Source: Thermoanaerobaculia bacterium (lineage in GTDB: Bacteria; Acidobacteriota; Thermoanaerobaculia; UBA5066). Taken from it: a stretch of DNA of 64,000 bases. The position numbers and the translations under genes are program-made. Under the pieces are notes generated by a model that saw only the letters and a program-made list of their open reading frames with translations, made no database searches and was not told the origin of the DNA. Position 1 is the stretch's first letter. Every line of letters begins with the position of its first letter. The stretch is from positions 448,001 through 512,000 of the forward strand of contig CAWFJJ010000024.1 of the NCBI GenBank assembly GCA_963816185.1, read 5' to 3'. This document shows positions 54,301 to 62,562 of this stretch, one piece after another.

Positions 54301-54437
54301 TGCAGTACGACCTCGCGAACCTCTATGCGGACCTCGGAGACCGCGAGAACGCCTACCGGACGTTCCTGGAGATCTACGGTTCGAACGCCTCGTTCCGCGA
54401 CGTCGGCGAACGGCTCAAAGAGCTTGCCCCGGCCTGA
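51336..54437 (+). CDS. Large TPR protein resembling Myxococcus SgmX (pilus activator and MglA effector)
   Basis: N-terminal TPR block (A...L.KG..D.A...YQKVL, DGFFL...A.YK), long Pro/Glu linker, C-terminal EFKKGV.....ED.ETHY.LGIAYKEM TPR block; family assignment from recalled sequence features. Confidence 0.8.
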   Translation: MASKRDALVASAEKSLAKGKVDSALKDYQKVLEEIPGDVNILNKVGDLLTRLNRNEEAIPYFTKIAEHFARDGFFLRGIAIYKKINRLDPSRLDVYERLAELYAKQGLTTEAKSQYQVLADYHAKNDNPVAAMGIYQKMALTDPSNIQLHVKLADLYSQARRKIDALKEYAIVAGLLRERGALDESIQVYEKALQMSPDNAEILRSFVPILLESGRARDARVALRRALETTPRSVPLFLLSAEAALAENDVREAQEWVSKAQSIESSSAEVLALALKVQQAGGAMTLSFESAAVLADQAMRRGEAKKALSILSPLAEANPGREDVLLRVIQVAEAAGDTKTLIRWRSALVDAHKSMGRIGDAATGLRALLQLVPDSAEYRTRLAQLEPSAARPDADRSGPSAQPTIPVVPPLETSGKRPRSSMEISAQRRVPVEPAVPIPPPPSFAPASPAAEAAEGEFILELEDDQLVHEPGSTGPVPNAVRRLSKPGTASFSPPSAPPPLAPPPVTLPPVEPLEPAREVEASMFTPSLDEGVPGWSEAPRPAPIETDFEVETALPADEFQVPVEPAELPSVPSEAEPIELSGEPLPAVEQPAPASEPEAPAEEALAPDAIESALAEADVFRKYGLYDKAVDHLRGILKRAPDTLPLREKLFELALEGGRKNVAIAEAERLKSLYRTEGRDDRVSAIDALLVERTSAEMGEASESHPGLPAALKDTLPRARPSKEPVSPAAPPVPAAPVEPVEPAAAATEPPADELLEIDFCLEQGMVVDASERLQTLERLFPGHPQLARRRLRLEGGAAEDARPALRDILSEDFESVLDAELGRALTDEMARGAESVPPATPVPGPPAPPLDESSLFSDEQEFFNFAGELQTEMKQEAGAPAVPEVSGGDVPLEEIFREFKKGVEQQLSPEDFETHYNLGIAYKEMSLTDEAISEFQRAAKSPQYAVECCSMLGLCFLEKGLPQLAIKWYRKGLDNPGIREEDRLGLQYDLANLYADLGDRENAYRTFLEIYGSNASFRDVGERLKELAPA

Positions 54438-54465
54438 GGCGCGGCCGGCTCTCCTGAGATCCGCC

Positions 54466-55470
54466 GTGTCCGGCGTCGCCGCCCCGCTCCTTTCGGTCCG
54501 TGCTCTCACGATCGTGGTCCCGGGTCCCTCCGGAGGCGAGGTTCCGGCTGTGGACGGGGTTTCCTTCGACCTCGAAGCAGGCGAGATCGTCGCCCTCGTC
54601 GGGGAGTCGGGATGCGGCAAGACGCTGACGTCTCTCGCGCTTCTGGACCTCGAGTCTCCTCCGGTGCGCGTGGTCTCCGGAGACGTTCTCTTCGCAGGCC
54701 GCGACGTGCGGGCGCTTCCCGCACGTGAAAAGGAGCGTCTGCGCGGAGGGGGGATCGGGCTCGTTTTCCAGGAGCCGGCCGCCGCGCTCGACCCGGTGCG
54801 GACCATCGGCCGGGAGCTGACGGACGTAATCGAACGGCATCGCGGCCTGTCTCGAAAGACGGCAGCCGTCGAGGCCGAGCGCTGGCTCCGGCGCGTGTCC
54901 CTTCCTGATCCCTCCAGGCAGAAGAACGCCTTTCCCCACCAGCTCTCCGGCGGGATGCGCCAGCGCGCTCTTCTCGCCCTCGCCCTCGGCGGAGGCCCTC
55001 GCCTTCTCGTGGCCGACGAGCCGACGGCCGCGCTCGACGTCACCGTTCAGGCGCAGGTGCTCGACCTTCTCCTCGAGCTCCGAGACGAGCTCTCTCTCGC
55101 CGTTCTTCTCGTCACCCACGACCTCGGCGTCGTGGCGGAGGCCGCGGACCGCGTTCTCGTCATGTACGCGGGCGAGATCGTGGAAAGCGCGGCCGTAGGA
55201 GAGCTCTTCGCGCGCCCCCGACATCCCTACACGCGCGCACTCCTCGCTGCTCGCCCGGGGTCCGCGCCGCCCGATTCCGCACATCTCGCCTCCCTTCGCG
55301 GTGCGGTGCCCGAGCCAGGCAGGAGGCCGCCGGGCTGCGCGTTCGAGCCGCGCTGCCCCCAGGCGTTCGGACGGTGCGTGGCGGCGCGGCCGATCCTCGT
55401 GCCCGCGGGCGCGGGCGCCGAGGCCGCGTGTTTCCTCCTCGACGGTGCTCCGGAAGCGCGGGTCTCATGA
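54466..55470 (+). CDS. Oligopeptide/dipeptide ABC transporter ATPase (OppD/DppD-like)
   Basis: GESGCGKT, FPHQLSGGMRQR, ADEPT.ALDVTVQAQ, HPYT..LL, GC.F.PRC. Confidence 0.92.
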   Translation: MSGVAAPLLSVRALTIVVPGPSGGEVPAVDGVSFDLEAGEIVALVGESGCGKTLTSLALLDLESPPVRVVSGDVLFAGRDVRALPAREKERLRGGGIGLVFQEPAAALDPVRTIGRELTDVIERHRGLSRKTAAVEAERWLRRVSLPDPSRQKNAFPHQLSGGMRQRALLALALGGGPRLLVADEPTAALDVTVQAQVLDLLLELRDELSLAVLLVTHDLGVVAEAADRVLVMYAGEIVESAAVGELFARPRHPYTRALLAARPGSAPPDSAHLASLRGAVPEPGRRPPGCAFEPRCPQAFGRCVAARPILVPAGAGAEAACFLLDGAPEARVS

Positions 55471-56448
55471 GCGCGACTCCGCCCGCTCCTCTCCTTTCCG
55501 TCCGCGACCTCCACAAGACATTCGCCTCGAAGGCCGGCCGCGTGACCGCCCTGCACGGCGTCGGCTTCGATCTCGCCGCCGGTTCCACTCTCGCTCTCGT
55601 GGGGGAGTCGGGCTCCGGCAAGACGACCACGGCGCGCGTCGTCCTGCGCCTCGCATCGCCCGACCGGGGCTCGGTGTCTTTTCGACGGGGCCGACTGGCT
55701 CGCTCTTCCGGCCCGCGAGCTGAACCGGCGGCGCCGGGACGTCGGCGTCGTCTTTCAGGATCCGGCGACCTCGCTCGATCCCCGGCTGACCATCGGCGAG
55801 ATCGTCGCCGAGCCGCTCGCGATCCATGGAATCGGGGCCCGGGCCCAGCGGCGGGCGCGGGCGGCCGCCCTCGTCGCCTCGGTAGAGCTACCCGCCTCGG
55901 CCCTCGCGCGGCACCCGCGCGAGCTTTCGGGCGGGCAAAGGCAGCGGGTCGCGATCGCACGCGCCCTCGCGACGGAGCCACGGCTCGTGGTGCTCGACGA
56001 GCCCGTTTCGGCGCTCGACGTCTCCGTCCGGTCGCAGATCCTCAACCTCCTCCGGGATCTCCAGAGGGGCGCTCCTTCGCGGCCGGCTTACCTCTTCATC
56101 GGTCACGATCTTTCGGTCGTCCGGTGGATCGCCGATCGCACGGCCGTGATGTACATGGGGCGCATCGTCGAAGAGGCCCCGACGCCACTCCTGTTCTCCT
56201 CGCCCCGCCATCCCTACACGGCCCTTCTGCTCGCGTCCCGGCCCCGGGAAACACCCGGACCGCGGCGTTTGCTCCCGACCGCTCCCACGGAGACGCCGTC
56301 GCCAGTCGATCCGCCCCCAGGCTGCCCCTTTCATCCACGCTGCGCCTTTGCTCGGCCGGTTTGCGCGCAGGAGATGCCGGCCCTCGTTTCCGACGCGGCG
56401 GAAGGTGCGAGAACCTTCGCCTGCCATGCGCCTCTCGGGGACTCTTGA
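55467..56448 (+). CDS. Oligopeptide/dipeptide ABC transporter ATPase (OppF/DppF-like), frameshifted near 55682
   Basis: GESGSGKTT in the first frame; [38 protein letters not shown] in the second. Confidence 0.88.
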
Positions 56449-56546
56449 AGAGGCGCTGGCGGGAAACTTTTCCGTCTCGAGCCCGTACTGTTTGAGCGAT
56501 GCTATTCCCCTATCATCTCCTTCCCTTCAGGAGGCTTTCGTGACTC

Positions 56547-58212
56547 GTGACCGCTCCCCGAACCCTGCACGTCCGCACGGGTTGCTGCTTCTGCATCGTG
56601 GCGGTCCTCGCCGCGGCTCTTGCCGCTCCCGCCGCGCGTGCCGACGACACCCTTTCGCTGCCCGTCAGCGCGAAGGCCCGCCGGCCGGTTCCCCTGCCTT
56701 CCGGCGAGAAGATCGAGCTCTCGCTCAAGCAGACGATCGCGCTCACGCTCCAGAACGTCCTGGACCTCGACGTCGCTTCGTACGCGCTCGAGGAAGCGAA
56801 GTTCGGCATCCAGTCGGCGAAGGGCGTCTTCGACCCGTACGTCCAGCTCGATCTCGGGGCGTCCGACACGCAGAACGCGACGGCTTCGCGGCTCCAGTCG
56901 AGCGAGACGAAGACGGCGAACGGCAACTTCACGTTCGCCGGCCTCCTGCCTTACGGAACCACGTATGCCCTGGGCTGGACGAATCACGCGGCTCGACCAG
57001 GCGATTCCGGGCTTCACGACGATCAACCCCACGTATACGAGCGGGCTCGCGGCCAGCTTCACGCAGCCCCTTCTTCGCAACTTCGGCCGGGCCGCCAACG
57101 AGCGGCTCGTCGTGCAGGCGAGGATCTCGCGCGATTCCTCGTCCTACGACTTCGTGCGCGCGGTCCAGTCGGCGATCAATCTCGCCGAGAACGCCTACTG
57201 GGACCTCGTCTACGCCGACGAGAACCTGCGCGCCAAGCAGGAGGCTCTCGACCGCGCGAAGGACCTCAACCGCATCACCCAGATCAAGATCGACGTCGGC
57301 GCTCTCGCCCCGATCGACATCGTGCAGACCGAAGTCACGATCGCGCAGCGCGAGCAGGACATCATCACGGCCGAAGGCCTGATCGGCGACGCCGAGGACC
57401 GGCTGCGCCGCCTGTTGAACGTGCAGTCGCTGCCCGACTGGGACCGGCCCATCGTGCCGACGGACCGTCCCACCCGCGAGTCCCTCCAGCACGGCTTTCA
57501 GGCGGAGGTGGACGCCGGCTTCAAGCGTGCGCTCGAGACCCGGCCCGAGGTGAAGCAGGCTCTCCTCACGATCGAGTCGAAGAAGGTCACGCGCGCGTAC
57601 ACGAAGAACCAGCTCATGCCGCGCCTCGATTTGTCGGGCAGCTACGGCTTCAACGGCCTCGGCGCGCAGGCGCTCCTCCAGAATTCCGACGGGACCCTGA
57701 CCCAGCTCAACTACAGCGACGCGCTTCAGGACCTCGCGCACCGGACGTATCCGGCCTGGACGCTGGGCGTCACGTTCGTCGTGCCGATCGGCAACAACGT
57801 CGCGCGCGGAAACGACGCCCTCGCGGTCGCCGATCTCGAGCTCGCGCGCACGAACTTCGCGATCACGAAGGCGAACCTCAACGTCGAGGTGCGCGCTGCG
57901 GCGCGTGCGATCGACATCGGGTACCGTACCGTTGCCGCGGCCACGAAGGCGCGCGAGCTGGCCGAACGGAATCTGGACGCCGAAAAGAAGAAGTTCGAGA
58001 ACGGCATGTCGACGACGTTCCAGGTCGCCCAGGTCGCCAACGACCTCACGACGGCCGTCACGAACGAGCTCCAGGCGGTCGCGACGTACCTGAAAGACAT
58101 TTCGGCGTGGCACAAGTCGGTGGGAGACATCCTCGACGTCAACCACGTCGTCCTCGAGGGCCTGACGGTCTCCACGGCCGCAGCCCCGGCCGAGGAAGGA
58201 TCGAGCAAGTGA
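56547..58212 (+). CDS. TolC family outer membrane protein, frameshifted near 56985
   Basis: Signal peptide, LSL...I...L.N..D, FTQPLLR.FG, AYWDL, RPE, P.LDL, AE.KKFE.G.ST. Confidence 0.85.
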
Positions 58213-58958
58213 GCGACGAATCTCCGGCCGCCCCTGCGACTGAGGCCCCGATCTCGCCCGTGTCCGCGGTCGTCGGGACGTTTTCGCGCCCTTCCGAGAC
58301 CTTCCGGCGGCTCGTCGCCCGGCCCACGTGGTGGCTGCCTCTCGCGCTGATCGTCGTTTCCACCGCGGCCTCTTGGTTCGCCGTAGCCCCCAAGATGGAC
58401 ATGGACCGCACGATTCGCGAGTCCATCGAGAAGAGGGCCGAGAAGACCGGGCGCACCATTCCGCCGGAGGCCGTCAACCGGCAGGTCGAGATGTCCACGA
58501 AGCTGATGCCGGTGTTCTTCGGCGTGGCTCTGGCCGGAAGCGCGGCCTTTCTCTTCCTCTCTGCACTCGTTTTCTGGGGCTCCGCGAAGGCGATGGGTGC
58601 CGAGGCTCGCTACACGCAGCTCCTTTCGATCTGGGGTCACGCCGGCCTTCCAAACGTGCTCGGGGCCCTCCTCGCGATTCCGATCTTTCTGCAGCTCCCC
58701 GACACCTCGTTGACTCAGGAGGGTGCTGCCCAGGTCGTCAAGTCGAACGTGGGAGCCTTCCTAGACCCGTCCGCACCCGCTCCTCTCAGGACGCTCGCCG
58801 GCTCGCTCGACGTCTTTTCGCTGGCCGCCCTCTTTCTCCTCGTGCTCGGCTTCCGCCGGTTGCCGGGCCTCTCGAGAGGCGCTGCGACGGCGACTCCGAT
58901 CGTCCTCTGGCTCGTCTACGTGATCGGTAAAGTCGCGTGGCGCGCGGTGTTTGGCTGA
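58209..58958 (+). CDS. Yip1 family (YknW-like) membrane protein
   Basis: F..P.ETF..L...P.WW.PL and about five TM segments; GTGA overlap with the tolC-like gene. Confidence 0.8.
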   Translation: MSDESPAAPATEAPISPVSAVVGTFSRPSETFRRLVARPTWWLPLALIVVSTAASWFAVAPKMDMDRTIRESIEKRAEKTGRTIPPEAVNRQVEMSTKLMPVFFGVALAGSAAFLFLSALVFWGSAKAMGAEARYTQLLSIWGHAGLPNVLGALLAIPIFLQLPDTSLTQEGAAQVVKSNVGAFLDPSAPAPLRTLAGSLDVFSLAALFLLVLGFRRLPGLSRGAATATPIVLWLVYVIGKVAWRAVFG

Positions 58959-59706
58959 GACCGCCATGCTGATCGAGATGGTGGACATCGAGAAGACGTA
59001 CACGGTGGGCGAGGAGAAGGTCCGCGCGCTCCGGGGCGTCACGTTCTCGATCGACCGCGGCGAGTACGTCGCGATCATGGGACCGTCGGGGTCCGGCAAG
59101 TCCACGCTCATGAATCTGATCGGGTGCCTCGACACGCCCACGGGCGGCGTCTACAAGCTGAACGGAGCGCCGGTGCAGGAGATGACCGACGACGGGCTCG
59201 CGCGAATCCGCAACCGGGAAATCGGTTTCGTCTTCCAGACGTTCAACCTCCTGGCCCGCACGAGCGCTCTCGCCCAGGTGGAGCTGCCGCTCGTGTATGC
59301 GGGACTCTCAAAAAAGGAGCGTCGCGAGCGCGCGGAGAAAGCGCTCGCGCACGTGAGCCTCTCCGACCGCGCGCACCACAACCCGAACGAGCTGTCGGGC
59401 GGGCAGCGCCAGCGTGTCGCGATCGCGCGCGCCCTCGTGACCGGTCCGTCGCTCCTCCTCGCGGACGAGCCGACTGGAAATCTGGACTCGGCGACGGGCG
59501 AGGAGATCATGCGGCTCTTCCGCGAGCTCAACGAGCAGGGGAACGCGATCATCATCGTGACGCACGAAGAAGACATCGCAGCTCACGCGCGGCGCATCAT
59601 CCGCATCCGCGACGGCCGGATCTCGGACGACCGTCCGAACGATTCCAGCCGCGCCGAGGCGGTCGCGCGGGCGAAGCGGGCAGCTCTGGAGGCGGCGTCG
59701 GTCTGA
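58951..59706 (+). CDS. MacB/LolD-type ABC transporter ATPase
   Basis: [56 protein letters not shown]. Confidence 0.95.
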   Translation: MAETAMLIEMVDIEKTYTVGEEKVRALRGVTFSIDRGEYVAIMGPSGSGKSTLMNLIGCLDTPTGGVYKLNGAPVQEMTDDGLARIRNREIGFVFQTFNLLARTSALAQVELPLVYAGLSKKERRERAEKALAHVSLSDRAHHNPNELSGGQRQRVAIARALVTGPSLLLADEPTGNLDSATGEEIMRLFRELNEQGNAIIIVTHEEDIAAHARRIIRIRDGRISDDRPNDSSRAEAVARAKRAALEAASV

Positions 59707-59736
59707 GTTCGAGAGCGCATCTGACAAACTCCGCGC

Positions 59737-60605
59737 GTGGTCGCCGACGTCCTCGCGCTCGTTCTCCTTCAGCTCGCCGTCGGCCTCGCGATCTGCAATC
59801 TCCTGACGCCGTCGAAGGATCTGTCGGGCGGATTCTTCGCCCTGCACGGACTGATCGGTTGCTTTGCGCTTTGCCTGTCGTGGCTCGTTTCGGGACGCGC
59901 TGGTTTTCTGCTTAGAAGGGAAGAGGGGGAAGCCGCGCGCGGCGCGGCCGCAGCTCTCGGGGCTCAGCCGTGGTTCGCTGCGGCGCTTTTCGCCGTTGCC
60001 CTCGCGACGCTGGTTGCCCATACACTTCTCGCTCGGGCAGGCTCCGGCGCCCCTCTTGCCCTTTCTAAGAATTTCTCTTCGTCTCGACCTGCTGTGGTGT
60101 CGCTCTCCTTTTGTCGCGCGTGCGCGTGGAACCATTCGCCTCCCTCCCCGGCATCGGCCCCGCCTGGCTCGCCGCCGGGCTTCTCCTCGGCGCCCTGCTC
60201 TTCGGCGCCGTCGTGTGGGCGATGAATCTCGGGCACTGGTATCTCGTCTCGACGTCGTTGCCGTTCGGCCTCCTCGTGCGCGCGACGGAGGCCTTCGCGT
60301 GCCTCGTGCTGCTGCGGGCGGTCTTCGCCGTCGTGGCGCTCGGCCTCGTGGCGCGGGCCTCGGCGGGCGACGGGGGAGAGGCGCTCGCAGGGCTCGTCGA
60401 TCCGATGCGCGACGGCTTCTTCTTCTGGTCGCGCGTGACGTGGGGCCTCCTCGCGCCCCTCCTCCTCGCGCCGTTCGTCGTGAAGACCGCGCGCATGAAA
60501 TCGAATCAGGCCGCCACGGGGCTCCTCTACGTGGGTCTCGTGTTCGTGCTCGTCGGCGAGGTCCTCGCCGCCTACCTCACGCGGCGTTCGGGACTTCCCG
60601 TCTGA
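59737..60605 (+). CDS. Multi-pass membrane protein (hypothetical), frameshifted near 60080-60110
   Basis: Hydrophobic N-terminal half in ORF 59737; AM.LGHWYL and NQ.ATGLLYV..V.V..GE in ORF 60111. Confidence 0.7.
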
Positions 60606-61765
60606 GCGCGGGCCGCGGCGCCGGAAGCGTGAGCGAGAGCGCCGCGGCGAGGATTGGCAGCGCCGCCAGGACCGGAAAGACGGATCCGACGCCCTGGCTG
60701 ATCGGCGAGGGCGCCGAGCAGAGGAACGCCCGCGCCTCCGACGCCGATCGCGAGCCCCATCGTGACGCCTCCGGCGATGCCCTCGCGTCCCGGCAGGTAT
60801 TCCTGGCCCATCACGACCGCCACGCTGTACGTCGCCACCGTGCCTGCGCCCAGGAGGACGAGGCTCGCGAGGCCTGCGATCCCCGGCCTGTGGAGAAAGA
60901 AGGCGAGAAGGGGTGCGAGCGGGAGGAGCGAGCCCACGAGAACCGCGCGGCGGCCGAAGCGGTCCGCGAGCCGACCTCCTGCCAGCGTCGCGGCCGCACC
61001 GGCGAGGAGCATCGCGGTCACGGCGAGAGCGGCTCGTTCTTTCGGGATGCCGCGAACCTTCACGAGATAGAGAGGGACGAAAGAGACGAGCCCGAACGCG
61101 AAAAGGGAGCGAACCGCGATGACGACGGAGAGGCGTGCGAAGGGTCCCCATCGAGGCGGGAGGGGCTCGCGACGGGCGACCGAGCGTGAGACTTCGGGCC
61201 GCAGGACGCGGAGGCGCGGCAGCTCGCGGGCGAGGAGCGCCGCCATGAGGCACGCCGGCACGGCCATCCAGACGATGCGCGCGACGCCTCCGGAACCCGC
61301 GAGAAGCGAGATCGCGACCGGCCCGAGCGCGATTCCGAGATTTCCGCCCACGGAAAACACGCTCATTCCCGTCGCGCGGCTCTCGCCGGACGCATAGTTC
61401 GCGTAGCGCGCGCTCTCGGGGTGGAAGGCCGCGACGCCCGCGCCTGAGAGAAGGATCGCGGCGATCGTCGCGTTGTAGCCCGTGACGACGCCGGCGAGCG
61501 CGAGGCCGCAGCCCGCGGCGAGAACCGCGAGGGGGATGAGGAAAGGGAGAGGCCGGCGGTCGGAGAGGTGCCCGAGGACCGGCTGGACGAGCGACGAGAG
61601 CAGCGTCGCGGCGAGGACGACGCCTCCCGCCGCCGTGTACGAGAGGCCGCGCTCGGCGATGAGAAAGGGCAGCAGCGCCGGCACGGCGCCCTGGTTCATG
61701 TCGTTGACGACGTGGCCGGCGGCGAGCCAGCCGAGGGCGCGGCGGACGATCGGGCGGTTCGCCAT
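60577..61765 (-). CDS. MFS transporter, fosmidomycin-resistance (Fsr) type, frameshifted near 60697
   Basis: H..NDM.Q..VPALLP, SS..QP..G..SDR, FHPE, MS.F.VGGN.G.A.GP, GG.LADRFGR; last TM helix is in the shifted frame. Confidence 0.88.
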
Positions 61766-61852
61766 GAGCTGGGCAATGGTAAGAGACAGAGAGGGAGAGA
61801 AGAAGATCTTCTTAGAAAGATCAAGAGGGGACCGAAGAGAAGATTTCGGATT

Positions 61853-62021
61853 GTTCCTATATGCGGCGGCCGCAGTTGCGGCCGCCGGCAATAGGAACTC
61901 CCGGATGTCCGGTGTCAAGGGTCTTCGACCGCTACGCGGCGCGCGTAGCGCGCCCTTGACTCCGGACATCCGGGGAGCACGTTTACCGCCGTCGGCGGCT
62001 GCATCAGCAGCCGCCGCATAT
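61853..62021. repeat. Composite palindromic repeat (C-like, B, C hairpins) in the divergent intergenic region
   Basis: gttcctat..gcggccgca-gt-tgcggccgc..ataggaac; ccggatgtccgg-gtcaaggg...cccttgac-ccggacatccgg; cggcggctgc-atca-gcagccgccg; cores shared with 21605-21733. Confidence 0.9.
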
Positions 62022-62063
62022 AAGAAGAAATCTCCTCCTCCTCGTTCCACGTATCCTCGATTC

Positions 62064-62537
62064 GTGCGCGTCTCTGTCTACTGCTCCGACTGCCTCGCCC
62101 GCATCGAGGTTCCGCCGCCCCAGGAGACGCCCAGCGGCTCTGTCTCTTGCCCTTCTAAGCATTCCCCGATTTCCTTTTCCCATTCCGAAGCCGTCAAGGC
62201 CGGATCGCGGGTGGATGTCTGCTCTCGCTGTTCCTCCAGTGCGCTCTTCGGCCAGAAGGACTTCGACCAGCGCCTCGGCTGCGCGATCCTCGCCGCTGGC
62301 GCAGCGGTCGCCCTGGGCGTGTCGTGGCGTTTCGGCGGGATCTGGTTCGTGCCGGTGCTCCTCGCCGTCGCGGCAGCAGATTTCGTTCTCGCGCGCCGGG
62401 TCGCGCCCGTCGTCATCTGCTACCGATGCGACACGGAGTACCGGGGCGCCGCCGATGCTTCCGCCGCGCGGCCCTACGACCCGCACATCGCGGAGCGGTT
62501 CGCCGAGGTGAAGACCGTGAGGCGCATGAACCCCTGA
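62064..62537 (+). CDS. Zn-ribbon membrane protein (hypothetical)
   Basis: CxxC, CPxxH, CxxC, QKDF.Q.LG, two TM helices, CYRC...YR. Confidence 0.75.
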   Translation: MRVSVYCSDCLARIEVPPPQETPSGSVSCPSKHSPISFSHSEAVKAGSRVDVCSRCSSSALFGQKDFDQRLGCAILAAGAAVALGVSWRFGGIWFVPVLLAVAAADFVLARRVAPVVICYRCDTEYRGAADASAARPYDPHIAERFAEVKTVRRMNP

Positions 62538-62562
62538 CGATCGGCTATCCTCACCCCCTCCC

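Noticed and set aside
44100-60700. Frameshifts in GT4 (~44110), the secreted protein (~46030), oppF-like (~55682), tolC-like (~56985), the membrane protein (~60090) and fsr-like (~60697) as programmed frameshifting, phase variation or pseudogenes
   Set aside because: No shared slippery motif or long repeat tract, both halves stay well conserved, and essential alaS is also affected; long-read indel error is more parsimonious
21605-62021. Hairpin repeats as a CRISPR array or integron attC cassette array
   Set aside because: Copies are dispersed, not regularly spaced; no spacers, cas genes, integrase or consistent RYYYAAC/GTTRRRY cassette boundaries
60572-62050. 95 aa N-terminal extension of the MFS transporter in the ORF track
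   Set aside because: It is read-through of the intergenic hairpin element; Fsr similarity and a -10-like hexamer point to ATG 61765
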